Below, one piece after another: positions 40,955-50,578 of a DNA stretch of 64,000 nucleotides; the stretch's first letter is position 1; every line of letters begins with the position of its first letter. A model generated the notes under the pieces. That model did no database searches and was not told the origin of the DNA. It saw nothing but the letters and a program-made list of their open reading frames with translations. The translations under genes were made by a program, and so were the position numbers. This stretch comes from Methanomassiliicoccaceae archaeon (GTDB taxonomy: Archaea > Thermoplasmatota > Thermoplasmata > Methanomassiliicoccales > Methanomassiliicoccaceae): the NCBI GenBank assembly GCA_040776945.1, contig JAXGZN010000001.1, forward strand, positions 960,001 to 1,024,000, given 5' to 3'.

Positions 40955-42490
40955 ATGCGCATGGGACGCCGTGCTAGGTTCAGGGGAGCCAAGGCCACAC
41001 CCAAGACGCTGGAGAAGGACCTGCTCGAGAGGTCTCGGATGCTGGCCCGGGACCCCCGGCTGCTCATGCCGCAGTGTACCAGGGAATGCAGGCGATGCGA
41101 CATCCGGAAGGCCATCAGCAAAATGGAGAAAGTGTCACAGGCAAGGTCCGACCCCAAAAAGCTGGAGCGGGCCATGAACTGGGGCGACCAGCTGGTCAGG
41201 GCCTACGCGGCAACGATCTCCCTGCACGAGGCCGGCAAGGTCCCATATCTGGCGGCCGCCAAGACCCCCATGGGAGAGGTCTCTTTCGCGGTCAGAGGCA
41301 AGGTAGAGAAGGACAAGCTCATCGGAGTGCAGCATTTCGATCATCCGGAGCTTAGGCTCCTGGCGCTCTGGGACATCGCCAGGAAACGAGGCCTTCATAT
41401 CTATTCGACGGACAAGTGCACGGTCTGCTCGCCTGACGGCCCCCGACCTCCTGAGGCGTACGTTGACGAGGCTATATCCCTTCTGCCGTACGACCTGGAC
41501 GATGCAGGGGACTGTCCTCATGTTAAGGACGGCCGAGGGATCAGGGTCCATTGGAAAGGTGCTGGGACCGTCATCAGGGTATGCCCTGCCTGCTCCGGCG
41601 AGCTGAACACCGTTCACGCCCTGGCCGGCCGCATCGCCGCGGAGGACCCAACCGATGACTTCGAGGTCGAGGCCATAAGCGACCTGAGGTGCGAGAGCGA
41701 ATGTGCCGGCTGCCGGGTCAAGGAGGCCTATGCTCTGTCCATGGACCTAGTGGCCAAGTACCTCAAGGCCGAGCTTAACGATGCTTCCCTGGTGGATGCG
41801 CATGCCAAGGCCAGGGTCGCGGCGATCAAGGAGAGGCAGGACGAGGCGTACATGATCGGCGGTACCTGCTATGGCAAAGACCGAGAGAGGTTCATGGCCG
41901 CCATCAGAGGCTCTGAGATCGAAAAGAGGGCGTTGTTCGCTCTGTTCGGGCAGAAACGGATGTGCGTGCTCTCCAGGACGGACCAGGCGGCGAACCTGAT
42001 CTCCGATCTATGGCCAGAGCACCGGGATGCCCTGCTCGCGGCGGTGGCCTCCCCGGACATTGTGAGGCGGGTGATCGCAGAGCGTTCTGAGCTGAGCCCG
42101 GCCCAGATGCTTGCGGAGGCCGCTCGCATGGAGTCATACCGCAGCATCGAGAGCGCCCTGCCGTCCTTTGTCAAGCTCGGACCGGTCGGCGCCTATGCCG
42201 ACCGAGTGGCCCGGACCGCCAAGACCGAGGGTAAGGAAGCGGCACTCCGTAACATCGAGAAGAGCAAAGGCGCCGATCACCGGCTCCGGTCGGTCGCATT
42301 CGGCCTCATATCTGCTCTGGGCGAAGGACAGGCCAAAGGCTGGCAGTTCACTCGCGAGGAGATGGACTACGGGGCTTATCTCGAGCCCTTCGCCCGCCGG
42401 TTGCTCGATTCTCAGGGCGAGGAGTACGCCGAGGCGCTTAAGCTGCTCTTGGAGGCGTCCGGTTCCAACGAGAGGGCCGAGCGGCCTTAA
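40955..42490 (+). CDS. Hypothetical Cys-rich protein (511 aa)
   Basis: Long ORF with typical codon usage; two CxxxCxxC motifs, CPH and CPAC. Confidence 0.75.
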   Translation: MRMGRRARFRGAKATPKTLEKDLLERSRMLARDPRLLMPQCTRECRRCDIRKAISKMEKVSQARSDPKKLERAMNWGDQLVRAYAATISLHEAGKVPYLAAAKTPMGEVSFAVRGKVEKDKLIGVQHFDHPELRLLALWDIARKRGLHIYSTDKCTVCSPDGPRPPEAYVDEAISLLPYDLDDAGDCPHVKDGRGIRVHWKGAGTVIRVCPACSGELNTVHALAGRIAAEDPTDDFEVEAISDLRCESECAGCRVKEAYALSMDLVAKYLKAELNDASLVDAHAKARVAAIKERQDEAYMIGGTCYGKDRERFMAAIRGSEIEKRALFALFGQKRMCVLSRTDQAANLISDLWPEHRDALLAAVASPDIVRRVIAERSELSPAQMLAEAARMESYRSIESALPSFVKLGPVGAYADRVARTAKTEGKEAALRNIEKSKGADHRLRSVAFGLISALGEGQAKGWQFTREEMDYGAYLEPFARRLLDSQGEEYAEALKLLLEASGSNERAERP

Positions 42491-43515
42491 TCGAGGACGA
42501 GGACGTCGAGCACCATGTGGGAGACCCCTGGGGAATAGGACTTCACCTCACGCGAAAGGCGGACCTCGTAGCTTCGCCCGCCGGCCGCGGCATCGAGGTT
42601 CTCGAAGGCCTTCCGCGGAAAGACCTCCAGTGGAAACGTGTCTTGATAATGGACCGTGCCGTTCCTCTTTACCAGGCGGAACGCGTCCTTCAGGTGGCAG
42701 GAAGTGGTGCGCACATATCCCAAGACCACCCGGTCCGCGATGCCCTCCCCAGGCAAGTCCCGGTTATCGCCAAGCACCGGTTCAACGACATCATCCAGGC
42801 GGTTCAGGGCAATGTTCTCCCGCAAGTACCGGAAGGCCAACGGGTTGATCTCGCAGGCGATCACCCTGGAGGCCCGGGCATGACGGGCAAGAGGCAGCGT
42901 GAAGTAGCCGATGCCTGCGAACATGTCCACCACGGTCTCCCCACGGCAATCAAGGCCCGCCATGCGCATCTTCTCATCTATGTTCCCGGAGGAGAACATC
43001 AGCCTGGCAGCATCCAGTTTGTAAAAAATGCCGTTCTCCAGATGGACCGTTTCAGCATCATCGCCCAGCAACAGCTCCATGTCCGGAGTGCGATAGACGC
43101 CCCCTATGTGAGCTCGTTCCCTCAGCACCGTCCTTGCGCCCAATACCTCGGCGTAGGCCCGTGCTATCTCCTGATGATACGCTGAAACGCCTGCCGGGAG
43201 GCGCAGTATGAGGACATCACCAAGCATCTCCCAATGCCGGGGAAGCTCCGCCTTCACCGCCTCCGGCAGATCGGCGTTCTCCAGCACCAGATCGTAGGGA
43301 GGGCGGTAGCAGGTCTTCTCCATCGTCTCACCCTCGATGAGCTCGATCCCCAGATCCTCCACGAGCTCCGAGGGCAGGGAGGACCTTAGGGGAATGAGGA
43401 CGTGCTCATCGGTCCTCATGATCCGACGGTCCTTGGCGCCCAGCCTGTGCTTGAACAACATTTTGCGGACCGTCTCGGCCCGCTCCCGAGGCACCTTGGC
43501 GAGGAGCACGACCAT
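42487..43515 (-). CDS. Trm5/Taw2-family SAM-dependent tRNA-modifying enzyme (Taw2-like)
   Basis: ENG..Y.LD....MFS.GN, DMFAGIGYF, DRVVLGY (not NLP), VKSYSPG. Confidence 0.8.
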   Translation of the reverse strand: MVVLLAKVPRERAETVRKMLFKHRLGAKDRRIMRTDEHVLIPLRSSLPSELVEDLGIELIEGETMEKTCYRPPYDLVLENADLPEAVKAELPRHWEMLGDVLILRLPAGVSAYHQEIARAYAEVLGARTVLRERAHIGGVYRTPDMELLLGDDAETVHLENGIFYKLDAARLMFSSGNIDEKMRMAGLDCRGETVVDMFAGIGYFTLPLARHARASRVIACEINPLAFRYLRENIALNRLDDVVEPVLGDNRDLPGEGIADRVVLGYVRTTSCHLKDAFRLVKRNGTVHYQDTFPLEVFPRKAFENLDAAAGGRSYEVRLSREVKSYSPGVSHMVLDVLVLD

Positions 43516-43534
43516 ACAGCCAGGGGGCGCTATT

Positions 43535-44710
43535 TCACCTTTGCTCTCGTCTGATGAGGGTCCCGATCAGCTGGGGGGAGAACTTCACCAGGGTCGGGAC
43601 GGTCTTCAGCAGCGGAGAGGCCAGCTTTGATGGGAAATCAATGTCCCCGGTAGCGAGCACCTCTTTGGCATCGGGTCGGTCCAGCATCCGGCAGACATCG
43701 TCCATCTTCCTGTCCGTAAGGTTCGCGAAGACCTTGCGTATCAAGAGCCCTCGCTCTATCTCCTTGCCTACATCGGCCCGCCATTTCTCATCGTACCCTG
43801 AAAGGCGCTTCGCGCTGAGATCTTTGTCCTTCAGCGCATCGACCGCGGTCATCGCCCCCCATCGTGCGGCACGCAGGCCAGTGTACAAGCCCCCTCCCGA
43901 CAGCGGCTTGGTCTGGGCCGCGGAATCGCCTACCAGGAGGATGTTGTCACCGAAGGTCTTTTTCGGTGGCCCGATCGGAATGACCCCGGAGACCATCCTC
44001 AGTCGATCCGCACCGCCGAACCCCCGCTTCTTCAGAAAGGCCGTCAAATGTCCGCTTGGAGGGCCACCGGCCTGAGATACGCCCAGGCCGATCCTGGTGA
44101 AGTCTCCACACGGTATCACCCACGCGAAGAAGCCCGGAGCAATCCTCTGGCCTATGTGGACTTCGACCATGGAAGGGTCCTCCATCCTTACGTCAAGATC
44201 CACTTGGATGCCCCTTATCGACTCCTTAGCGGGGCCCAGCCCGGCGATCTTCCCCACTCTCGATTTATAGCCGTCCGCGCCTACCAGGAGGTCGGCCTCC
44301 AGGGTCAAGGGCCCTTCAGGCCCGCGGACCTTGACCGAGAGCCTCTTCCCCTCGCGCCCAAAGCCCAGGAACTCGTGGCCTTCGAGGATGTCCGCCCCTT
44401 CTCGGACCGCCCGCTCACAGCATTTGTGGTCGAACTTCCGCCGGTCGATCACCACTGCCTTGGTCTCCGTTGACCTCACTTCAAGCGCCTTCCCTCCAGG
44501 GGGAACCAGGCGCAGGCCGGTGATGGTGTTCACTACGGTATCCTGCGCATCGGCCATCTCCACCACGCGAGGATGTACGAGACCTGCGCACTGCACCGGA
44601 GAACCTATCTCCGCATGCTCTTCCACCACCACGGTGGTGAAGGTGGCCGTCTGTGCGGCGAAGGTGCATCCCACCGGGCCTCCACCAATTATCACGACCT
44701 CGGCGTCCAC
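43535..44710 (-). CDS. Geranylgeranyl reductase family FAD oxidoreductase
   Basis: GGGPVG, P.QCAG, DR..FD, GADG..S, PGFFAWVIP, VGDSA. Confidence 0.88.
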   Translation of the reverse strand: MDAEVVIIGGGPVGCTFAAQTATFTTVVVEEHAEIGSPVQCAGLVHPRVVEMADAQDTVVNTITGLRLVPPGGKALEVRSTETKAVVIDRRKFDHKCCERAVREGADILEGHEFLGFGREGKRLSVKVRGPEGPLTLEADLLVGADGYKSRVGKIAGLGPAKESIRGIQVDLDVRMEDPSMVEVHIGQRIAPGFFAWVIPCGDFTRIGLGVSQAGGPPSGHLTAFLKKRGFGGADRLRMVSGVIPIGPPKKTFGDNILLVGDSAAQTKPLSGGGLYTGLRAARWGAMTAVDALKDKDLSAKRLSGYDEKWRADVGKEIERGLLIRKVFANLTDRKMDDVCRMLDRPDAKEVLATGDIDFPSKLASPLLKTVPTLVKFSPQLIGTLIRREQR

Positions 44711-44774
44711 GTACCTTACAATGCTGGTAACTTATAAAAATCCTCTTTGGAATAATGGGAAAAAAGTTTTGTCC

Positions 44775-45422
44775 CTACTTTTTCGAGACCTTCGCCCAGT
44801 CGTCCTGGAACCTCTTGATCCCGATGTCCGTGAGCGGATGGTTGAACATTTTCTTAAGTACGTCGTAAGGTACTGTGGCGATGTGGGCGCCCAGCCTTGC
44901 CGCCTCCACAACGTGCACGGGGTCACGGACCGAAGCGACTATCACCTCTGTGTCCAGGTCGTAGTTGTCCAGAACGTTCATTATCTCGGCGATGAGCTTC
45001 ATGCCGTCCTGCCCGACATCGTCCAGGCGGCCGACGAACGGCGATACGAAGCGCGCACCGGCCTTGGCCGCCAATAGGGCCTGGGCGGTGGAGAATATCA
45101 GCGTCATGTTGACCTTTATGTCCTCGGAAGCGAGGGCCTTGGTCGCCTTAAGCCCCTCCTCGGTCATGGGGACCTTGATGACGATGTTGGGATGTATCCT
45201 GGCAAGCTCGCGTCCCTCGGCTATCATGTCCGGCGCTCTCACGCTCATGACCTCGGCACTGATGGGGCCATCAACGATCTCGCAGATCTCCCTAACCAGG
45301 CTCTTAAGGTCAGTGTTCTCCTTGGCCACTAGGCTGGGATTGGTCGTAACGCCGTCCAGAATGCCCCAGCTGTTGACCTCCCTTATCCTGTCCAGATTTG
45401 CAGTGTCAATGAAGATCCTCAT
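44775..45422 (-). CDS. tal: Transaldolase (TalC/Fsa family)
   Basis: [17 protein letters not shown]; Glu (ISAEV) and Phe (SPFVGR) specificity residues favour transaldolase over Fsa. Confidence 0.88.
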   Translation of the reverse strand: MRIFIDTANLDRIREVNSWGILDGVTTNPSLVAKENTDLKSLVREICEIVDGPISAEVMSVRAPDMIAEGRELARIHPNIVIKVPMTEEGLKATKALASEDIKVNMTLIFSTAQALLAAKAGARFVSPFVGRLDDVGQDGMKLIAEIMNVLDNYDLDTEVIVASVRDPVHVVEAARLGAHIATVPYDVLKKMFNHPLTDIGIKRFQDDWAKVSKK

Positions 45423-46366
45423 GCTCTCTTCCTCCTGATGACCTCTTCTGCCGAGGCGACGATGTGCTCAGCGGTGAGCCCATAACGGCACATCAGATCA
45501 TTGCTCTCTCCAGACTCCCCAAAGCAGTCCGGGGTGCCCACCTTCATGAGAGGGACTGGATGGTTCTCCGAGAGCGCAGAGGCCACCGCGGACCCCAGTC
45601 CCGACCTCACGGAGTGCTCCTCCGCCGTGACCACGCATCCGGTCTTGCGCGCCGACCGTATCAGCGTGTCCTCGTCCAGCGGTTTCACCGTGGACATGTT
45701 CACCACCTCCGCCTCGATGCCTTTCTTCTTGAGTTCCTCGGCCGCGTCCATGCATACAGCGACCATCTGGCCGCAGCCCACCAAGGTGACGTCCGGACCT
45801 TCCTTGAGGACCGTGGCCTTGCCGATGGTGAACGGCGAGTCTACGGTCGTGACCATAGGCACGTCCGCCCGCCCCATCCGCACGTAACATGGTCCCGGGC
45901 GCTCCGCGGCCGCCTTTACCGCCTTGTACGCCTCGATGCCGTCCGAGGGCACGATCACGCACATGTTGGGTAGGATGGACATCAGGCCAATGTCCTCCAG
46001 GGCCTGGTGCGACGCCCCGTCCCCTCCGACGGTGATGCCGGCGTGGGTGGCCACGATCTTAACGTTGATGTTCGGATAGGCGATGGATTGCCTGACCTGG
46101 TCCCAGCACCGCCCGGTGGCGAACACCGCGAAGGTTGAGGCAAAGACGGTCTTGCCCGATACGGCGAGGCCGGCCGCGGTCCCCATGAGGTTCTGCTCGG
46201 CGATCCCCACGTTGAAGAACCGCTCCGGAAACTTCTTGGCGAACTCAACGGTCCTCGTCGACGAAGACAGATCGGCGTCCAGGACGACCACGTCGGTGCG
46301 GGCCATCCCGATCTCCACCAGAGCATTGGCGTACTCCTTCCGCTGGCTGGTATAGACCCACTTCAT
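45419..46366 (-). CDS. Transketolase C-terminal subunit
   Basis: [22 protein letters not shown]; ATGA overlaps on both sides. Confidence 0.93.
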   Translation of the reverse strand: MKWVYTSQRKEYANALVEIGMARTDVVVLDADLSSSTRTVEFAKKFPERFFNVGIAEQNLMGTAAGLAVSGKTVFASTFAVFATGRCWDQVRQSIAYPNINVKIVATHAGITVGGDGASHQALEDIGLMSILPNMCVIVPSDGIEAYKAVKAAAERPGPCYVRMGRADVPMVTTVDSPFTIGKATVLKEGPDVTLVGCGQMVAVCMDAAEELKKKGIEAEVVNMSTVKPLDEDTLIRSARKTGCVVTAEEHSVRSGLGSAVASALSENHPVPLMKVGTPDCFGESGESNDLMCRYGLTAEHIVASAEEVIRRKRA

Positions 46367-47193
46367 ATGCTCTCTCCCAGTTCCTTGAGGGCGATGCGGT
46401 ACTCATCGGCATTGGGCGCCTTACCATGGAAGGCGATGGCGCCCTCCATGAACGACACGCCCTTGCCCTTGATGGTATGGGCGATGATCATGGTCGGTTT
46501 GCCGGTGACCCGAGTTGCCGCCTCGCAAGCGTCCAGGATCTGCCTTAGATCATGTCCGTTGATCTCTATGACGTTCCAGCCGAAAGCCCTCCATTTGTCG
46601 CCCAACGGCTCCAGGGACATTACCTGCTCAGTTGGCCCGTCTATCTGCATCTTGTTGCGGTCGATGAACGCGGTGATGTTGTCCAGTTTATAGTGGGAGG
46701 CGAGCATCGCGGCCTCCCAGTTCTGCCCCTCTTGGAGCTCTCCATCCCCCATCAGACAGAAAATGCGGGTCAGGCGGCGGTCCAACTTGGCTGCCAGCGC
46801 CATCCCGTTGGCCACGCTCAGCCCCTGTCCCAGCGATCCTGTAGATATCTCCACGCCAGGGGTCTTCATACGGCACGGGTGACCTTGGAGGTGCGACCCC
46901 AATTTGCGAAGGGACTGAAGGTCCTCCACCGGGAAGTACCCCGACTCGGCCAGAGCAGCGTAGTAGACCGGGGCGGCATGGCCCTTGGAGAGGACGAACT
47001 TATCGCGCCCTTCCCAGTTGGGCTCCGACGGACGGTGCTTCATGACCTTGAAGAACAAGGCGGTGACGACATCTGCGTACGAGAGCGAACCACCAGGATG
47101 ACCTGACTGGGCGGCAAAGGTCATTTTTATGATATGGCGCCGGAGCAGGTTCGCCTTTGTCTCCAGCATCTGAATCGTCTGCTCATCGTACAA
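46363..47193 (-). CDS. Transketolase N-terminal subunit (start approximate, TTG 47193)
   Basis: SGHPGGSLS, SKGHA, LQGHP, GDGELQEG TPP motif. Confidence 0.93.
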   Translation of the reverse strand: MYDEQTIQMLETKANLLRRHIIKMTFAAQSGHPGGSLSYADVVTALFFKVMKHRPSEPNWEGRDKFVLSKGHAAPVYYAALAESGYFPVEDLQSLRKLGSHLQGHPCRMKTPGVEISTGSLGQGLSVANGMALAAKLDRRLTRIFCLMGDGELQEGQNWEAAMLASHYKLDNITAFIDRNKMQIDGPTEQVMSLEPLGDKWRAFGWNVIEINGHDLRQILDACEAATRVTGKPTMIIAHTIKGKGVSFMEGAIAFHGKAPNADEYRIALKELGESI

Positions 47194-47349
47194 GGTCAGT
47201 TCGGTCACCCCGGGCGGAGATGGACAATAATGGGTCCATGTTAAATAAGTTTTTATGAACTCCGAGGCGGGGCCAGACCCATCATCCGATGCTGATTCCA
47301 AGGTTAATGAGAATGGGAGGAAAGGAATTTTTAGAAAGGACCGAGGCGC

Positions 47350-48087
47350 TCAATCGCTCTCGATCCTCGGGGCGAGGAGATAGTCCACGCTTCCCTGCTT
47401 GTCCGCGATATCGAACTCCAGCTTCACCGGGAAGTCGGAACCGAGATTGATGGTCACTACCGAGCCGGCGGGGATCGATCGCACCATGTTGGAAAAATAG
47501 TCCAGCGGGAACAGGCTTTTTACCTTCTCGGAAACATCCAGGGATATCAGGAGGTCCTTTGGGAGCTTGAGGCTCACCGAGTCGGTGTCTCCCTCGGAGT
47601 ACATCTCGAAGCCTTCCGGGGACGCGTTGAGGGCGATGTGGTCGGAGACCGATTCAGCCGCTCTTATGCCCTTCTGCAGCTCATCGGAGGTCACCGTGAT
47701 CTTGGCCGGCAGATTGAGGTTCGGCACCTTCGGGTCGCTCATGCCCGCAGTGTCCACCAGGTTCATCCTCCTGGTGATGTTCCCGACATTGAGCACCAGG
47801 CGGTTCTTGGCCTCGTCCTGCTCCATCTCGATGATGTCGCCCGCACGCGAGAGGCGCAGCACCTCCTTGATCTTGTCAAGATCGATGCCCAGCTCCGTCT
47901 CGTCAGCAGAGAACTCCTCGAAGGCCGACCTCTGGACCTTGAGGTCGACCATCGCGACGTGTGCGGGATCGACCGCCTTTAGCTCCATACCGTCAGCATC
48001 GATGTTGAACTTGGCCTCGTCGACGAGGGTCGAGACCACGTCAACGACCCCCTTGAGCGTCTCGGACTTGATCTTGGCGTGAAACAT
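47350..48087 (-). CDS. pcn: PCNA sliding clamp
   Basis: AVDPAHVAMV and YLLAPRIE. Confidence 0.96.
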   Translation of the reverse strand: MFHAKIKSETLKGVVDVVSTLVDEAKFNIDADGMELKAVDPAHVAMVDLKVQRSAFEEFSADETELGIDLDKIKEVLRLSRAGDIIEMEQDEAKNRLVLNVGNITRRMNLVDTAGMSDPKVPNLNLPAKITVTSDELQKGIRAAESVSDHIALNASPEGFEMYSEGDTDSVSLKLPKDLLISLDVSEKVKSLFPLDYFSNMVRSIPAGSVVTINLGSDFPVKLEFDIADKQGSVDYLLAPRIESD

Positions 48088-48168
48088 GAACTCCCTCCAA
48101 ATAAGCTCCTAATGGTTTTTTTAGGTAAACATGTGGTCCATGATAAACCTTGCCTAGGGCGAGCTGGG

Positions 48169-48507
48169 TCAGTACTTGCGCCATTTGTGGCCGCACTTGC
48201 AGCAGGTCAGGAAGGTGGTCTCCGGCTCATCCGATTTCCTGGTCTGACGAAGGTACCAATATGCCTCGTTGTGGCCGCACTTGGGGCAGGGGACCGCGGT
48301 CTTAGGCATCACCCCTTCGATGGCATCGACCACCGGACAGTCCTCGACCTCGCTTCTCTTCATATCGATCTTGACCTTGGTGGCCCCACCTTCCTTCGTG
48401 AGGTCTTTGGCGTTTTGCTCAAAACCGCACTTGGAGCTTGGACATACGAACTCGGTCCTGCTGCCCTCTTTGGCCCTGAGCAGACCGCCACACTTGGGAC
48501 AGAACAT
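48169..48507 (-). CDS. Transcription factor S (TFS/RpoM family)
   Basis: MFCPKCG; C-terminal CPKCG..QTRKSDEPET..C..C. Confidence 0.92.
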   Translation of the reverse strand: MFCPKCGGLLRAKEGSRTEFVCPSSKCGFEQNAKDLTKEGGATKVKIDMKRSEVEDCPVVDAIEGVMPKTAVPCPKCGHNEAYWYLRQTRKSDEPETTFLTCCKCGHKWRKY

Positions 48508-48582
48508 CTTTTCCTCGCCTAGACTCGACAAAATATGCTTGTATAAAAGAGTTCGGGGTGCACCTAGCTGAGGACCGAACGT

Positions 48583-49509
48583 TCAAATGAACTCCCAATC
48601 TCTCTTCTCCCCACTAGGCCGCCGCTCTGGCCGCTCCTCCTCGATCATCCTGCGGGCCATCCTTCTCTCCACCCCTCTCTGCTCGCGAGCCATGCTCTGC
48701 GCCCTCTCCCGCAGCGCCTTGCGCTCCTTTGGAGCAATGGGCAGGAGGTCCTCCTCCTCTTCGTACAAGGCCCTCTTCGCCGATCGCATGGTCCTCGGCA
48801 TGCCGTCCGCACCGTCATGCTCCGCGTCGATGATCTGCAGGTCCTCGAAGCCCCGCCCCCTCCGCCGCCCAACGGGCTCGCGCTGGGCGGTGGTGAAGGT
48901 GTTGCCCTCGAGGACGACCGTGGTCCGGGTCCCCCTGCTCATCCTGGAGAGCAGCAGCATCTCGCGGTGGGTCTGCTGGGACAGCACCCCGCCGATGTAA
49001 GAGAAGGCCACCGTCGTAACGTAGCTGTCCAGCCCAAGGCTCGCCGTGGAGTGGAGCGAGGTGAAGAACGAGGTTAGGTACATGTTGACGAACGCCACAT
49101 ACGGCTCGATGATCGGCACATAGCCGGTTATGGCCACGACCACCGCCTCAGGGGTCAGGTCGACACCGAAGTAAACAGTGGGGATTATTCCAGCATTCAC
49201 CAGTGTGCTTATGGCAAAGATGAATATCACTGGGATCAGGGCGGCCATCATGCCTTTGAAAGGTGCTCCGGCGCGACGGCCTCCGACATAACCCGCGATC
49301 ATCTGGCCAAAGATGGGGAGCCACCAAAGGATGAGGGACAGCGTGAAAGTGTACTTGACCGCGCTCCAGAAGCTATAAACGATGGGGCCGTCGAACTTCC
49401 TGGCCTCCTCATCGTCATAAGTGTCCGCGAGGTGGTATACTCCATTGTGAACGAGCGAGCTAGTGGTCTCGTCCCGAATCCTGGACCCTTTACGTAAGAG
49501 CACTCCCAT
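48583..49509 (-). CDS. Hypothetical membrane protein with charged cytoplasmic C-terminal tail
   Basis: Several TM segments (LP..GQMIAGYVGGRRAG); Arg/Glu-rich tail ending DWEFI; start uncertain. Confidence 0.72.
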   Translation of the reverse strand: MGVLLRKGSRIRDETTSSLVHNGVYHLADTYDDEEARKFDGPIVYSFWSAVKYTFTLSLILWWLPIFGQMIAGYVGGRRAGAPFKGMMAALIPVIFIFAISTLVNAGIIPTVYFGVDLTPEAVVVAITGYVPIIEPYVAFVNMYLTSFFTSLHSTASLGLDSYVTTVAFSYIGGVLSQQTHREMLLLSRMSRGTRTTVVLEGNTFTTAQREPVGRRRGRGFEDLQIIDAEHDGADGMPRTMRSAKRALYEEEEDLLPIAPKERKALRERAQSMAREQRGVERRMARRMIEEERPERRPSGEKRDWEFI

Positions 49510-49602
49510 CCCTGCAGTCGGACGGATGTCCGACGCTAGAGGCATCTCGCTGAGACTATAAATCACTACCGTATTATATTAGACGGAAAGAAAACGTCCC
49601 TT

Positions 49603-49962
49603 TCAGCGGGGAATGAAGTAGCGCATCCCATAAGCATCAAGGGCCCGCCTTGTGCTGTCCAAGGTCACTGCACCGTGCTGGGTACGATGGCGCATTATGT
49701 CTTCCAAGGGATAATCAAGGAATTCGGAGAACGCCTTCAATCGCTCAAGAGGGAAGGGCTGCTTTCCTATGAGGATCTGACGGATGCTCCATCCGGGATG
49801 GACCCTGGAGCGGTAGCCTAGGGCCCTGCCGAGCTGGTTAATGCTTCCGGCCTTCTCTATGCCATCCTTGATGAGCTTGACCCGGAAGGCCGAGGACAGC
49901 CAGACCCTATCTTCTTCGTAAGCCCTATGGCGCAGCATGCTCAGGTCGATATTCTCAGGCAC
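49603..49962 (-). CDS. Hypothetical protein, possible HTH DNA-binding
   Basis: GSINQLGRALGY..W.I.QI..G...P..RL..L pattern resembles an XRE HTH; start placed at GTG. Confidence 0.6.
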   Translation of the reverse strand: MPENIDLSMLRHRAYEEDRVWLSSAFRVKLIKDGIEKAGSINQLGRALGYRSRVHPGWSIRQILIGKQPFPLERLKAFSEFLDYPLEDIMRHRTQHGAVTLDSTRRALDAYGMRYFIPR

Positions 49963-50116
49963 AATCGCTCTCAAACCGCGGACATAAAAAAAACTTTCCT
50001 TCTTTCTTTGCATAGTTCCCGAACGCCCGGGCGTCCAGGCCAGTTGGCCCTATGGGTCTCTCGAAGGAGTCCTTAGGGCGGCCCCTTCCCATGGCATCAA
50101 TTTAATATACCCTTCT

Positions 50117-50563
50117 ATGGCTAGCCCTGATGAAGAGAGAGCCATGGGTAGCTTTAGGAAGGTTCTCACGCTGAGGACCTCTGCGGAAGGCGACATCCTC
50201 GACCTCACCGAGGAGCTCGTCAGTGCGGTGAGGGAATCAGGGTTCAAGGAAGGCCTTGCCTGCGTCTTCGTCGGCCATTCCACCGCCGCGCTGTTCACCA
50301 TTGAGAACGAGGAAGGTCTCCGCAGGGACATGAGGGATGCGCTGGAGCGCTCCTTTCCAAAGGATATCGAGTACGAGCATCACCTGCGGTGGGGGGACGG
50401 GAACGGCCACTCCCACATACGGTCCGCTTTCCTCGGTACATCTCTGACGGTCCCTTTCCACGAGGGAAGACCGGATCTGGGCACCTGGCAACAGGTGGTG
50501 CTCATGGAACTGGATAACCGTGGAAGGGATAGAATGATCATTATGCAAATAATCGGAGAATGA
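50117..50563 (+). CDS. YjbQ/UPF0047 family protein
   Basis: HSTAAL..IENE, NGHSHIRS, LGTWQQV...E.D. Confidence 0.92.
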   Translation: MASPDEERAMGSFRKVLTLRTSAEGDILDLTEELVSAVRESGFKEGLACVFVGHSTAALFTIENEEGLRRDMRDALERSFPKDIEYEHHLRWGDGNGHSHIRSAFLGTSLTVPFHEGRPDLGTWQQVVLMELDNRGRDRMIIMQIIGE

Positions 50564-50578
50564 AAAGGAGGTATCAAA

